Notes: a model not told the origin generated them from the sequence alone. Positions 38,369 to 47,136 are shown, counted from the stretch's first letter. The stretch: DNA of 64,000 bases from Lachnospiraceae bacterium (GCA_051879615.1 JBJEMI010000002.1:3524-67523), one strand, 5' to 3'. Numbers and translations are program-made.

Positions 38369-39109
38369 ATGCTCGTTAAGGTAGCGATACCAAAACAAAT
38401 ACAATTTAAAATTGTTCCAAATCTGTCGGAAATGTTATTTGGAAAACAACAGGAAGTACATTACATAGGAGGCAGTGAAGTACTGCCGCCGCCTCTGGAT
38501 CAGGAAACGGAGAACTGTGCCATAGAAAAGCTGGGAACAGCTTCGGAAAAAGAGGCCAGATCACTGCTGATTGAGCACAATCTGAGGCTGGTCGTCTATA
38601 TTGCAAAAAAATTTGATAACACGGGCGTCGGTGTGGAGGATCTCATCTCGATCGGCTCCATCGGTCTGATCAAGGCGATCAATACGTACAATAAGGATAA
38701 AAACATCAAGCTGGCCACCTATGCTTCCAGGTGTATTGAGAATGAAATTCTCATGTATATGAGGAGAAACAGCAAGACCAGGATGGAAGTCTCCATCGAT
38801 GAACCGCTGAATGTGGACTGGGACGGCAATGAGCTTCTGCTCTCGGATATTCTGGGAACTGAGGAGGATGTGATCTATCGGGATATCGAGACGGAAATGG
38901 AACGAAAACTGTTAAATAAAGCCATTGAGAAGCTGTCTCAACGGGAACGCACGATCGTGGAACTGCGTTTCGGATTAAAGAATCCCACAGGCGAGGAGAT
39001 GACGCAAAAAGAGGTGGCGGATCTGCTCGGCATCTCCCAGTCTTATATCTCCCGCCTGGAGAAAAAGATTATTAAGCGTCTGAAGAAAGAAATTATCAAA
39101 TATGAGTAA
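38369..39109 (+). CDS. sigE: RNA polymerase sporulation sigma factor SigE (pro-sigma-E)
   Basis: ATG after AGGGGAGGAAATCAA. Pro-sequence followed by [13 protein letters not shown]. Regions 2 and 4 ([33 protein letters not shown]). Confidence 0.95.
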   Translation: MLVKVAIPKQIQFKIVPNLSEMLFGKQQEVHYIGGSEVLPPPLDQETENCAIEKLGTASEKEARSLLIEHNLRLVVYIAKKFDNTGVGVEDLISIGSIGLIKAINTYNKDKNIKLATYASRCIENEILMYMRRNSKTRMEVSIDEPLNVDWDGNELLLSDILGTEEDVIYRDIETEMERKLLNKAIEKLSQRERTIVELRFGLKNPTGEEMTQKEVADLLGISQSYISRLEKKIIKRLKKEIIKYE

Positions 39110-39158
39110 ACTGAATAATTTCCGAGATTACGCCTGATTCGTTACAGATCTCTTTTAC

Positions 39159-39938
39159 TCAGCGCAGGTACTGCCGCATGACCTTCAGTGCATGCTTTTC
39201 CAGGCGGCTGACCTGTGCCTGGGAAATCCCGATTTCGTCGGCAACTTCCATCTGAGTCTTTCCTTCAAAGAATCGAAGAGTGATGATATGATGCTCCCGT
39301 TCAGGGAGTCTTTTCATGGCTTCACTTAAGGAAATATTCTGAATCCAGAGCTCCTCCCGGTTCTTTTTATCACTGATCTGATCCATTACATAGAGGGTAT
39401 CTCCGCCTTCGGTATAGACCGGTTCATAGAGACTGACGGGACTCTGGATGGCATCCAGCGCATAGATGATATCTTCTTCGGGAATGCCGATCTCTGCCGC
39501 GATTTCCGTGACGGTAGGTTCCCTGGAATACCTTTTCATATAATCTTCTTTGGCATAGATGGCTTTGTAGGCAGTATCTTTCAGAGAACGGCTTACCCGG
39601 ACAGCGCTGTTGTCTCTTAAGTATCTGCGCATTTCTCCGATAATGAGCGGAACTGCATAAGTGGAAAATTTAACCTGGTAGGTTTCCGGCTGGAAATTCT
39701 CAATGGCTTTAATAAGACCGATGCATCCGATCTGGAACAGATCATCCGGGCTTTCGTTGCTTCCGGAGAAACGTCGGACAACACTTAAGACAAGTCTTAA
39801 GTTGCCCTTGATGTATTCTTCTCTGGCCTGTGGATCTCCGGCACGGACTCTTTCGAACAGTGCGTCTTTTTCTTCGTTCGTTAGTACTGGCAATTTTGCG
39901 GTATTGACGCCGCAGATTTCTACTTTCCCCTGAACCAT
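39159..39938 (-). CDS. sigG: RNA polymerase sporulation sigma factor SigG
   Basis: KVEICGVNTAKLPVL N-terminus, GNLRLVLSVVRRF, KFSTYAVPLIIGEMRRYLRD and QMEVADEIGISQAQVSRLEK are near-identical in pattern to B. subtilis SigG. Confidence 0.95.
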   Translation of the reverse strand: MVQGKVEICGVNTAKLPVLTNEEKDALFERVRAGDPQAREEYIKGNLRLVLSVVRRFSGSNESPDDLFQIGCIGLIKAIENFQPETYQVKFSTYAVPLIIGEMRRYLRDNSAVRVSRSLKDTAYKAIYAKEDYMKRYSREPTVTEIAAEIGIPEEDIIYALDAIQSPVSLYEPVYTEGGDTLYVMDQISDKKNREELWIQNISLSEAMKRLPEREHHIITLRFFEGKTQMEVADEIGISQAQVSRLEKHALKVMRQYLR

Positions 39939-40141
39939 GATGCTCTCCTTATTTGCTGTCTTTGTTCATAAAAAGAGCATTCCCAAATGAAGTGCTTTTA
40001 TTCTGAAATTAATAAAATGGCTTTTATGCACAACTCCCAAAAATTTCCTGCAATAATTATTACGGATTTTTGCACAAATGTATGGAAAAATCAGAAATTA
40101 AATTGTATAATGTATCTAAATAAAGAAAGCGAGGGTTTACT

Positions 40142-41281
40142 ATGGCAAAAAGTAGTATGTTAGCAATGATTTTGGCTGGCGGTCGTGGATCACGCCTTCA
40201 TGACTTGACCAATAAAGTTGCAAAACCTGCCGTATCCTACGGTGGAAAATATCGTATTATCGACTTTCCTCTTTCAAACTGCGCAAACAGTGGGATTGAC
40301 GTAGTCGGTGTACTTACACAGTATGAATCCGTTTTGTTGAACAGCTATGTAGCTGCCGGCGGAAGATGGGGACTCGATGCAAAGGACAGTGGCGTATATG
40401 TACTTCCGCCGCGTGAAAAAGCAGATGCAAATCTTGATGTATATCGCGGAACAGCAGATGCGATTTCTCAGAACATCGATTTCATCGATTCATATGATCC
40501 GGAATATATTTTAATCTTATCCGGTGACCACATCTATAAGATGAACTATGACAAGATGCTTGATTACCATAAAGCATGCAAGGCTGATGCGACGATCGCA
40601 GTTATCGGTGTACCGATCAAGGAAGCGAGCCGTTTTGGTATCATGAATACAAATGATACAGGCAGAATTATCGAATTCGAAGAAAAACCTGCAGAACCTA
40701 AGAGTAATCTTGCATCTATGGGTATTTATATCTTTAACTGGAAGCTCCTTCGTTCCATGCTTGTGGCTGATATGAACAATCCGGATTCCAACCATGACTT
40801 CGGTAAAGACATTATCCCTACAATGTTAAACGACGGAAGAAACCTTTATGCTTGGCAGTTCCAGGGATACTGGAAAGACGTTGGAACGATCGATTCCCTC
40901 TGGGAAGCAAACATGGATCTTCTGGACAAAGAATGCGAACTCGATATGAATGATTCCACATGGAAAATTTATACAGAAGATGTTACAACACTTCCGCAGT
41001 ACATCGGACCGAATTCCGATATTAAACGTGCATTCGTTACACAGGGCTGTGTCATCGACGGTGAAGTTAAAAATTCTGTTCTCTTTACCGGTGCAAAAGT
41101 CGGTAAAGACGCCAAAATCATTGACAGTGTTCTGATGCCGAATGTAGTAGTAGAAGAGGGCGCGGTAGTTACCCGTGCTTTAGTGGCAGATGGTGTTGTG
41201 ATCGGTAAAGGTGCCGTTGTCGGAAGTGCAGACAGCGAAAATATCGAACTCGTTGCAAAAGACGTTAAGGAGGTAGAATAA
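40142..41281 (+). CDS. glgC: glucose-1-phosphate adenylyltransferase, catalytic subunit
   Basis: [30 protein letters not shown]-terminal left-handed beta-helix repeats. Confidence 0.95.
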   Translation: MAKSSMLAMILAGGRGSRLHDLTNKVAKPAVSYGGKYRIIDFPLSNCANSGIDVVGVLTQYESVLLNSYVAAGGRWGLDAKDSGVYVLPPREKADANLDVYRGTADAISQNIDFIDSYDPEYILILSGDHIYKMNYDKMLDYHKACKADATIAVIGVPIKEASRFGIMNTNDTGRIIEFEEKPAEPKSNLASMGIYIFNWKLLRSMLVADMNNPDSNHDFGKDIIPTMLNDGRNLYAWQFQGYWKDVGTIDSLWEANMDLLDKECELDMNDSTWKIYTEDVTTLPQYIGPNSDIKRAFVTQGCVIDGEVKNSVLFTGAKVGKDAKIIDSVLMPNVVVEEGAVVTRALVADGVVIGKGAVVGSADSENIELVAKDVKEVE

Positions 41282-41282
41282 T

Positions 41283-42404
41283 ATGGCAAAAGCATTTGGT
41301 ATTATCACTTCTTCAGGAAACCATATTTATGTTGAAGGAATGCAGGACTACCGCCCGATCGGAGCATTCTCTTTCCTTGGACGTTATCGTGTCATCGATT
41401 TCCAGATGTCTAACATGAGCAACAGCGGAATTGAACACGTACAGGTATTTTTAAATCAGAAACCGCGTTCTTTAGTGGACCACCTGGGTTCCGGACGTCA
41501 TTACAATATTAACTCCAAACGTGGTAAAGTTCAGATGCTGTTTTCTGAAAACAGATCTGTTACAGATATCTATAACACAGATATTGCAGCATTTGCTGAA
41601 AACATCGAAAGTATCCAGAAAGCTCGCTGTCCATACGTAATCATCGCTCCGAGTCATATGGTATACACTCAGAATTATGAAGAATTACTGGATGCTCATA
41701 TTGCATCAGGTGCAGATGTTTCCTTACTGTATCATGCAGTAGAAAATGCAAATGAAGAATATTTTAACTGTGATGTTCTGAAAATGAACCGTCAGAACGG
41801 TGTTTATGAAATTATGAAAAACAGCGGAAACAAAGCTGTCAGAAACATTTTCATGGATACCTATGTAATGAAAAAAGAACTGTTTGTAGAGCTGATTCAG
41901 GAAGCCCGCAAAATCTCTTCCATGTATACACTGTCTCAGATCCTGAATAAACAGTGCTATGAAAGCAAGCTGGATGTCCGCGGCATCGCCCATGAAGGAT
42001 ATTTTGCAGCTCTTACAGATTTCAAGAGTGTTTACAAAGCAAATATGGGACTGATCGACATGAATGTTGCAAATCAGCTGTTCAGTGAAAAATGGCCGAT
42101 TTACACACGTACAAACGATTCCTGCCCGACACAGTATTTTGAAGATGCAAGTGTGAAAAACTCTGTTGTTTCTAACGGATGTTTAATCGAAGGTACGATC
42201 GAACACTCGATCATCGGACGTGGATGTACCATCGGTAAAGGCTGTGTGATCAAAAACTGTATCATTTCTTCAGAGTCGGTAATTGCGGACGGAACACATC
42301 TGGAAAACCTGATCGTTGATAAACATGCAAGTGTACTTCATGCAAAAGAGATTATCGGCGAACCGGAAAATCCGGAATACGTAAAACGCGGAGATGTGAT
42401 CTGA
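41283..42404 (+). CDS. glgD: glucose-1-phosphate adenylyltransferase, GlgD subunit
   Basis: Immediately follows glgC (RBS AAGGAGG). Paralogous fold (RYRVIDFQMSNM) without the G-rich NTP loop. Confidence 0.9.
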   Translation: MAKAFGIITSSGNHIYVEGMQDYRPIGAFSFLGRYRVIDFQMSNMSNSGIEHVQVFLNQKPRSLVDHLGSGRHYNINSKRGKVQMLFSENRSVTDIYNTDIAAFAENIESIQKARCPYVIIAPSHMVYTQNYEELLDAHIASGADVSLLYHAVENANEEYFNCDVLKMNRQNGVYEIMKNSGNKAVRNIFMDTYVMKKELFVELIQEARKISSMYTLSQILNKQCYESKLDVRGIAHEGYFAALTDFKSVYKANMGLIDMNVANQLFSEKWPIYTRTNDSCPTQYFEDASVKNSVVSNGCLIEGTIEHSIIGRGCTIGKGCVIKNCIISSESVIADGTHLENLIVDKHASVLHAKEIIGEPENPEYVKRGDVI

Positions 42405-42440
42405 GTATCATAATGCTCGACAGATAGAAGAATTTTATGA

Positions 42441-42469
42441 TTGAATTTTTTACCCTGTGAGATTAGAAT
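42441..42469 (+). promoter_or_regulatory. sigma-A-type promoter candidate
   Basis: TTGAAT, 17-nt spacer, TAGAAT. Confidence 0.5.
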
Positions 42470-42490
42470 GGTATATCATTGGAGGTAATT

Positions 42491-43435
42491 ATGATGTATA
42501 GTTATTCGCTCTCACAGTGGGTGCTCTTTTTCTTTTGGTATTGCTTTATCGGATGGATCTGGGAATCCTGTTATGTCTCGGTCAGAAAAGCGATCAGCAC
42601 AAAAAAATGGGAATGGGTCAACAGAGGCTTTGTGCATGGACCGATACTCCCGATTTACGGATTTGCGGCAACAGTGATTCTGATATCGACGATTACAGTC
42701 AGAGATGATCTGCTGAAGATTTATCTTTTTGGAATGGCTGCGGTGACACTCATGGAGCTTGTTACCGGAACGGTCATGGAGAAACTTTTCGGCGTGAAAT
42801 ACTGGGATTACAGCGATATTCCGCTGAATTATCATGGACATATCTGTCTGTTTGTTTCGCTGTTCTGGGGGTGTTGTGCCCTGTTGCTTGTAAAGGTCAT
42901 ACATATGCCGGTAGAATCTGTTGTGTTGAAATGTCCCGAAGCGGCAGCAGAATGGATTGCTATGATTCTGGTAGGAATCGGAGTTTATGATTTCAGTGAA
43001 TCATTCAGAGAAGCAATGGATATGAAGGAACTGTTGGAAAAGATTACCGAAACGAAGGAATCGATACGGCGTCTGGAGCGACGTTTCGATGCGGTGGTAG
43101 CATTTACACCGGTTCCTGATATGGAACATATTTTTGAAAAACGCGGCAATCTGAAACAGACTGTCAATTATAATCTGGAAAAGCTGAGAACTTATCGGGT
43201 GGAAAAACTTCGGAGCCTGCGGGATTATCTGCAGCAGCCGGAGCTTGAAGAGGACAGAGAGTCTCTGCGTGAACAGATCGAACAGCAGCTTCAGCATATT
43301 TTTTCACGTTCCAATAAGCAGTATCAGCGTTCTGCCAGACTCCTGAGACGAAATCCGTATGCGATTTCAAACAAATATGCAGACGCGTTAAAAGAGATCA
43401 GAGAATTATTTGAAGAAAAGAAAAAAGATCATTAA
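42491..43435 (+). CDS. membrane protein (DUF1113 / 'ABC-transporter type IV'-like N-domain) with a long coiled-coil C-terminal half
   Basis: ATG after GGAGGTAATT. N-terminal about 150 aa with four TM segments (FFFWYCFIGWIWES..., GPILPIYGF). C-terminal about 160 aa charged and heptad-rich. Confidence 0.7.
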   Translation: MMYSYSLSQWVLFFFWYCFIGWIWESCYVSVRKAISTKKWEWVNRGFVHGPILPIYGFAATVILISTITVRDDLLKIYLFGMAAVTLMELVTGTVMEKLFGVKYWDYSDIPLNYHGHICLFVSLFWGCCALLLVKVIHMPVESVVLKCPEAAAEWIAMILVGIGVYDFSESFREAMDMKELLEKITETKESIRRLERRFDAVVAFTPVPDMEHIFEKRGNLKQTVNYNLEKLRTYRVEKLRSLRDYLQQPELEEDRESLREQIEQQLQHIFSRSNKQYQRSARLLRRNPYAISNKYADALKEIRELFEEKKKDH

Positions 43436-43439
43436 AAGT

Positions 43440-43475
43440 ACGGACATCGGCTGGAAAGCCGGTGTCCGTTTTTTC
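43440..43475. terminator. bidirectional terminator between convergent genes
   Basis: ACGGACATCGGC / GCCGGTGTCCGT 12-bp stem, TTTTTT downstream, A/T-rich upstream. Confidence 0.75.
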
Positions 43476-44658
43476 AGCGGTAAGATTTTGCGAGTTTTTC
43501 AAAAGCATCCAGAGATCGGACGGCCCGCTCCGTCGGCACACAATAAGAAATCCGTGTATGACCGGGACAGCCGAATCCGGATCCGGGTACGATCAGAAGA
43601 TTATAATCCTTTGCCCTTTCGCAGAAGGCGAGGTCATCATCTTCCAGAGTACGCGGGAACATATAAAAGGTTCCTTCCGGTACAGTCACATGGTAGCCAA
43701 GATCACGCAGTCCTTTGACCAGGATGTTTCTGTTTGTTTCATAGATCGAGATATCTGTTGTTTTGTCGGCACACATTGCGCAGACTCTCTGGAAAAGTCC
43801 CGGCGCATTTACATAACCGAGGGAGCGGCCTGCACCTGCAATTGCCGCATAGACCAGTTCCATATCCTGCATTTTGTCAGGAACAAGAACATAGCCCAGA
43901 CGCTCTCCCGGAAGAGAGAGGGATTTGGACCAGGAGTAGCATACGAGCGTATGATCATAATAATTTGGAAGATACGGAACTTCTGTTCCGTCGAATACGA
44001 TTTCTCTGTATGGTTCGTCTGCAATCAGATAAATCGGCTGGCCGTACCTGCGGGAAGCCTCTTCCAGGACTGCTGCAAGCTTTCGGACGGTCTTTTCAGA
44101 GTAAACCGCTCCGGATGGATTGTTCGGCGAATTGACGATGACAGCTTTTGTGTTTTCGGTAATGGCATTTTCAAATGCTTCAAAATCAATCTGAAAGGTT
44201 TCAGTGTCAGCCGGGATCAGCTTCATTGTTGCACGGGCCCCTTCAATAAATACTTTGTATTCCGGAAAATACGGTGCAAATACGATCACCTCATCTCCGG
44301 GATTGCAGATTCCGTTTAAACAGCAGCAAAGTGCGGCTGCAGCACCGACAGTTACATAGAGGTTGTCGGCATGGCAGGAAGTCTGAAAACGGGCACTGAT
44401 GGAATCCGCGATCATTTTGCGAACACCTGCATCTCCCTGTGCGCTTGTATAGCCGTGCAGAATGACTGGATCCGTTTCATTGATCAGACGGATGGCTGTT
44501 TCATTGACGATATCCGGTGAGGCGACACTCGGATTACCGATGGAAAAGTCAAAAATATTTTCGGCGCCGATCTGTGCAGCACGCATTTTGCCGAATTCGA
44601 AAAGTTCACGGATCACGGAGCGCTGGGTACCTAAGGCAACCATTCTTTCGTTTAACAT
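43474..44658 (-). CDS. PLP-dependent aminotransferase, class I/II (aspartate/alanine aminotransferase-like)
   Basis: ATG 7-8 nt after AAGGGGGC. NPSNPSG-like NSPNNPSG motif and the PLP lysine context YSWSKSLSLPGERLGY. Confidence 0.9.
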   Translation of the reverse strand: MLNERMVALGTQRSVIRELFEFGKMRAAQIGAENIFDFSIGNPSVASPDIVNETAIRLINETDPVILHGYTSAQGDAGVRKMIADSISARFQTSCHADNLYVTVGAAAALCCCLNGICNPGDEVIVFAPYFPEYKVFIEGARATMKLIPADTETFQIDFEAFENAITENTKAVIVNSPNNPSGAVYSEKTVRKLAAVLEEASRRYGQPIYLIADEPYREIVFDGTEVPYLPNYYDHTLVCYSWSKSLSLPGERLGYVLVPDKMQDMELVYAAIAGAGRSLGYVNAPGLFQRVCAMCADKTTDISIYETNRNILVKGLRDLGYHVTVPEGTFYMFPRTLEDDDLAFCERAKDYNLLIVPGSGFGCPGHTRISYCVPTERAVRSLDAFEKLAKSYR

Positions 44659-44672
44659 TACCAATGCCCCCT

Positions 44673-45041
44673 TTATTTTAATGCGATTGCCTCGATCTCA
44701 CACAGAACTCCTTTTGGGAGCTCTTTGACAGCAACACAGCTTCTGGCAGGTTTGGAAGTGAAATACTTTGCATATACTTCGTTAAATGCGGCAAAATCTT
44801 CCATATTTGCAAGGAAACAGGTTGTTTTCAAGACTTTCTCGAAACTGCTGCCGGCAGCTTCTAAAATGGCACCTATATTTTTGCAGCTCTGTTCCGCAGA
44901 AGCTGCGATGCCGTCTGCGATGATTCCCGTTTCAGGATCTACCGGTATCTGACCGGAAGTGTAAATCATGCCGTTTACTTCATATCCCTGAGAGTATGGT
45001 CCGATGGCACCCGGTGCCTTGTCTGTTGCGATTATATTCAT
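44673..45041 (-). CDS. ridA: RidA family reactive-intermediate (enamine/imine) deaminase
   Basis: RBS GAAGGAGG. APGAIGPYSQG, TSGQIP, ARSCVAVKELPKG. Confidence 0.9.
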   Translation of the reverse strand: MNIIATDKAPGAIGPYSQGYEVNGMIYTSGQIPVDPETGIIADGIAASAEQSCKNIGAILEAAGSSFEKVLKTTCFLANMEDFAAFNEVYAKYFTSKPARSCVAVKELPKGVLCEIEAIALK

Positions 45042-45073
45042 TCATTTATCCTCCTTCAATCAATGATTCATTT

Positions 45074-45114
45074 ATTATACGACACTTGAAATCGTTGTAC
45101 AAGTTTTATAAAAT
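45074..45114. promoter_or_regulatory. interleaved divergent promoters (ridA operon on -, barnase operon on +)
   Basis: + strand: TTGAAA (45086-91), N17, TAAAAT (45109-14). - strand: TTGTAC (45102-45097), N17, TATAAT (45079-45074). Confidence 0.5.
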
Positions 45115-45144
45115 GATAGCGGAATCAAATGGAGGTATCGTAAG

Positions 45145-45651
45145 ATGAGAATGAAGAAATGGACAACAAAACTGAGTATGTGGATTGCCCTGCTGTTGCT
45201 TTCAGTCAGTATATTGACAGGCTGCGGGGAGGTTCCGGAGCAGGTCATGACAGATTCCCGGCCGGTGCCGGAACAGACAGCTGCAGATCCGCAGCCGACA
45301 GTCGAAGTCGAGGAAGACGGGGTATACACTTCTAAAGAAGAGGTAGCGGCCTATCTATACCGGTTCGGACATCTTCCCTCAAATTATATCACAAAGAAAG
45401 AGGCGAGGGATCTTGGCTGGATCAGCAGTGAAGGGAATTTGGACGAGGTTGCACCTGGGATGAGCATTGGCGGAGATTATTTCGGAAATTATGAGGGGAT
45501 TTTGCCGGAAGACAGAGAGTATCATGAATGCGACATTGATTCTGACGGCGGCTATCGGGGAGCCAAACGAATCGTCTATTCGGACGACAGGCTGATCTAT
45601 TATACGGAAGACCATTATGAAAGTTTTGAACTGCTGTACGGGGAAGAGTGA
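45145..45651 (+). CDS. barnase-family guanyl-specific ribonuclease, predicted lipoprotein
   Basis: Lipobox SILTGC. The C-terminal 110 aa align with barnase: LPSNYITKKEARDLGW, GNLDEVAPGMSIGGD, HECD (catalytic Glu), YRGAKRIVYS, TEDHYESF (catalytic His). Confidence 0.9.
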   Translation: MRMKKWTTKLSMWIALLLLSVSILTGCGEVPEQVMTDSRPVPEQTAADPQPTVEVEEDGVYTSKEEVAAYLYRFGHLPSNYITKKEARDLGWISSEGNLDEVAPGMSIGGDYFGNYEGILPEDREYHECDIDSDGGYRGAKRIVYSDDRLIYYTEDHYESFELLYGEE

Positions 45652-45653
45652 TT

Positions 45654-45911
45654 ATGAAGAGAATTGTTCTTGACGGAAATATACTGGCTGATGGATTTGC
45701 AGCACAGAACTATCTGAAAGAAAAGCTGGATTTCCCGGAGTATTACGGCGGAAATCTGGATGCACTGCATGACTGTCTGGCAGAGATGAAGGATGTAGAG
45801 ATCGTGATTACTCCCTGTGAAGTACAGACGCGTTATTTTCAAATACTGATGCGGGTGTTTCATGATTCTGCAGAGGAAAATGCAGAACTGAGAATCCTGC
45901 GGCGGGAGTAA
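45654..45911 (+). CDS. barstar-family ribonuclease inhibitor
   Basis: Start is coupled to the barnase stop (GTGATTATG). Motif FPEYYGGNLDALHDCL matches the barstar LPEYYGENLDALWDCL, including the key Asp. Confidence 0.9.
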   Translation: MKRIVLDGNILADGFAAQNYLKEKLDFPEYYGGNLDALHDCLAEMKDVEIVITPCEVQTRYFQILMRVFHDSAEENAELRILRRE

Positions 45912-45915
45912 GGCT

Positions 45916-46818
45916 ATGAAAAATACAAATCATGCAAGAATTTCTCTGATTCTGGCAATGGTGATTTTCGGAACGGTCGGGATCTTCAGAAAAAATATTC
46001 CCCTTTCTTCGGGGCTGGTGGCGGCTGCAAGAGGGATCCTGGGGGTGGTTTTTCTGGCTGTATTTACAGCAGTGAAAAAGATCCGTCCGGATCGGGCGAT
46101 GATCAGAAAGCATCTGGTGGTTCTGCTGATTTCAGGGATGTTCATAGGACTGAACTGGGTGCTGCTCTTTGAAAGCTATCGCTATACTTCTGTTGCGGTG
46201 GCAACGCTCTGTTATTATATGGCTCCGGTTTTTGTCGTGGTCGCCTCTCCGTTTGTGTTAAAGGAACATGTGACCCTGAAAACGAAAATCTGTGTGGCAG
46301 CCGCTTTGCTTGGTATGGTTTTTGTTTCCGGAGTTCTGGATGGAGGTATTTCGGAAATTTCGGAACTGAGGGGAATGATCTTCGGTCTCGGTGCTGCCGC
46401 ATTCTATGCATTGGTCATTCTGCTGAATCAGAGTCTGAAAGAAGTGCCGACCTATGATAAGACGATGGTGCAGCTGGGAGCGGCTTCTGTCGTGCTGCTG
46501 ATGTATATTTTTACAGCGGAGGAGCTGACATCAGTATCTTTTGTGCCGATGACCGTCTGTCTGCTTTTTGTTGTGGGGATCGTACATACGGGAATTGCCT
46601 ATGTACTATACTTTGATTCTATGAAGGAATTAAGTGCCCGGACAGTGGCTCTGTTTGGATATATTGACCCGATTGTGGCAATCATTTTATCCGCCCTGTT
46701 TTTAAAAGAGGAGATGGGGGCTTTTCAGATCGCCGGAGCGGTACTTGTATTAGGTTCGGCCTTTGTCAATGAACTTCCGAAAAGAGAAAACAGACAAAAT
46801 AAGACAAAAAACCGGTAA
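45916..46818 (+). CDS. EamA/DMT-superfamily transporter
   Basis: Ten TM segments in two EamA-like halves. 300 aa. Confidence 0.85.
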   Translation: MKNTNHARISLILAMVIFGTVGIFRKNIPLSSGLVAAARGILGVVFLAVFTAVKKIRPDRAMIRKHLVVLLISGMFIGLNWVLLFESYRYTSVAVATLCYYMAPVFVVVASPFVLKEHVTLKTKICVAAALLGMVFVSGVLDGGISEISELRGMIFGLGAAAFYALVILLNQSLKEVPTYDKTMVQLGAASVVLLMYIFTAEELTSVSFVPMTVCLLFVVGIVHTGIAYVLYFDSMKELSARTVALFGYIDPIVAIILSALFLKEEMGAFQIAGAVLVLGSAFVNELPKRENRQNKTKNR

Positions 46819-46914
46819 AAATGCAAAATTCTGTTGCTTTTTTTTATCAGGAGTGGTAAAACCATAGAATACACATGTTGAACAATTTGTTCAATCAGCA
46901 CAATTAAATGACTG

Positions 46915-47067
46915 GATAGAGGTGCGGAATTCAAAAGTACTCTGCAGCGACAGCCGGGGGGCTGCTGCAGACAAAAGGGGAGACCGCCGAAGGGAAGAGC
47001 ATCCCAAGGCTTTTCTCTGGGACGATGCAGAAGATGCAGCGTACTGTCACTTTCGTGGAGCGCTATC
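46915..47067 (+). promoter_or_regulatory. lysine riboswitch (L-box) aptamer
   Basis: GATAGAGGTGCGGAATTCAAAAGTA ... AAAAGGGGAGACCGCCGAAGGGAAG ... GTACTGTCAC ... GTGGAGCGCTATC reproduces the conserved L-box core known from the B. subtilis lysC leader. P1 closes as GATAGAG / CGCTATC. Confidence 0.85.
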
Positions 47068-47090
47068 GGTGATCAATGACAGGAATGATG

Positions 47091-47136
47091 ATGCCATGGA
47101 TATGCTTTGCAAAGTATCTCCATGGCATTTTGTTTG
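47091..47136 (+). terminator. riboswitch expression-platform terminator
   Basis: ATGCCATGGATATGCTT / AAGTATCTCCATGGCAT arms (two mismatches), TGCA loop, then TTTTGTTTGTG. Confidence 0.8.

Noticed and set aside
43462-44319. 285-aa ORF on the + strand
   Set aside because: It is antisense to the aminotransferase and starts inside the bidirectional terminator. It has no RBS.
46878-46894. Possible LexA (Cheo) box
   Set aside because: The half-site spacing is GAAC-N5-GTTC rather than N4, and the flanking CGAAC/GTTCG bases are absent.
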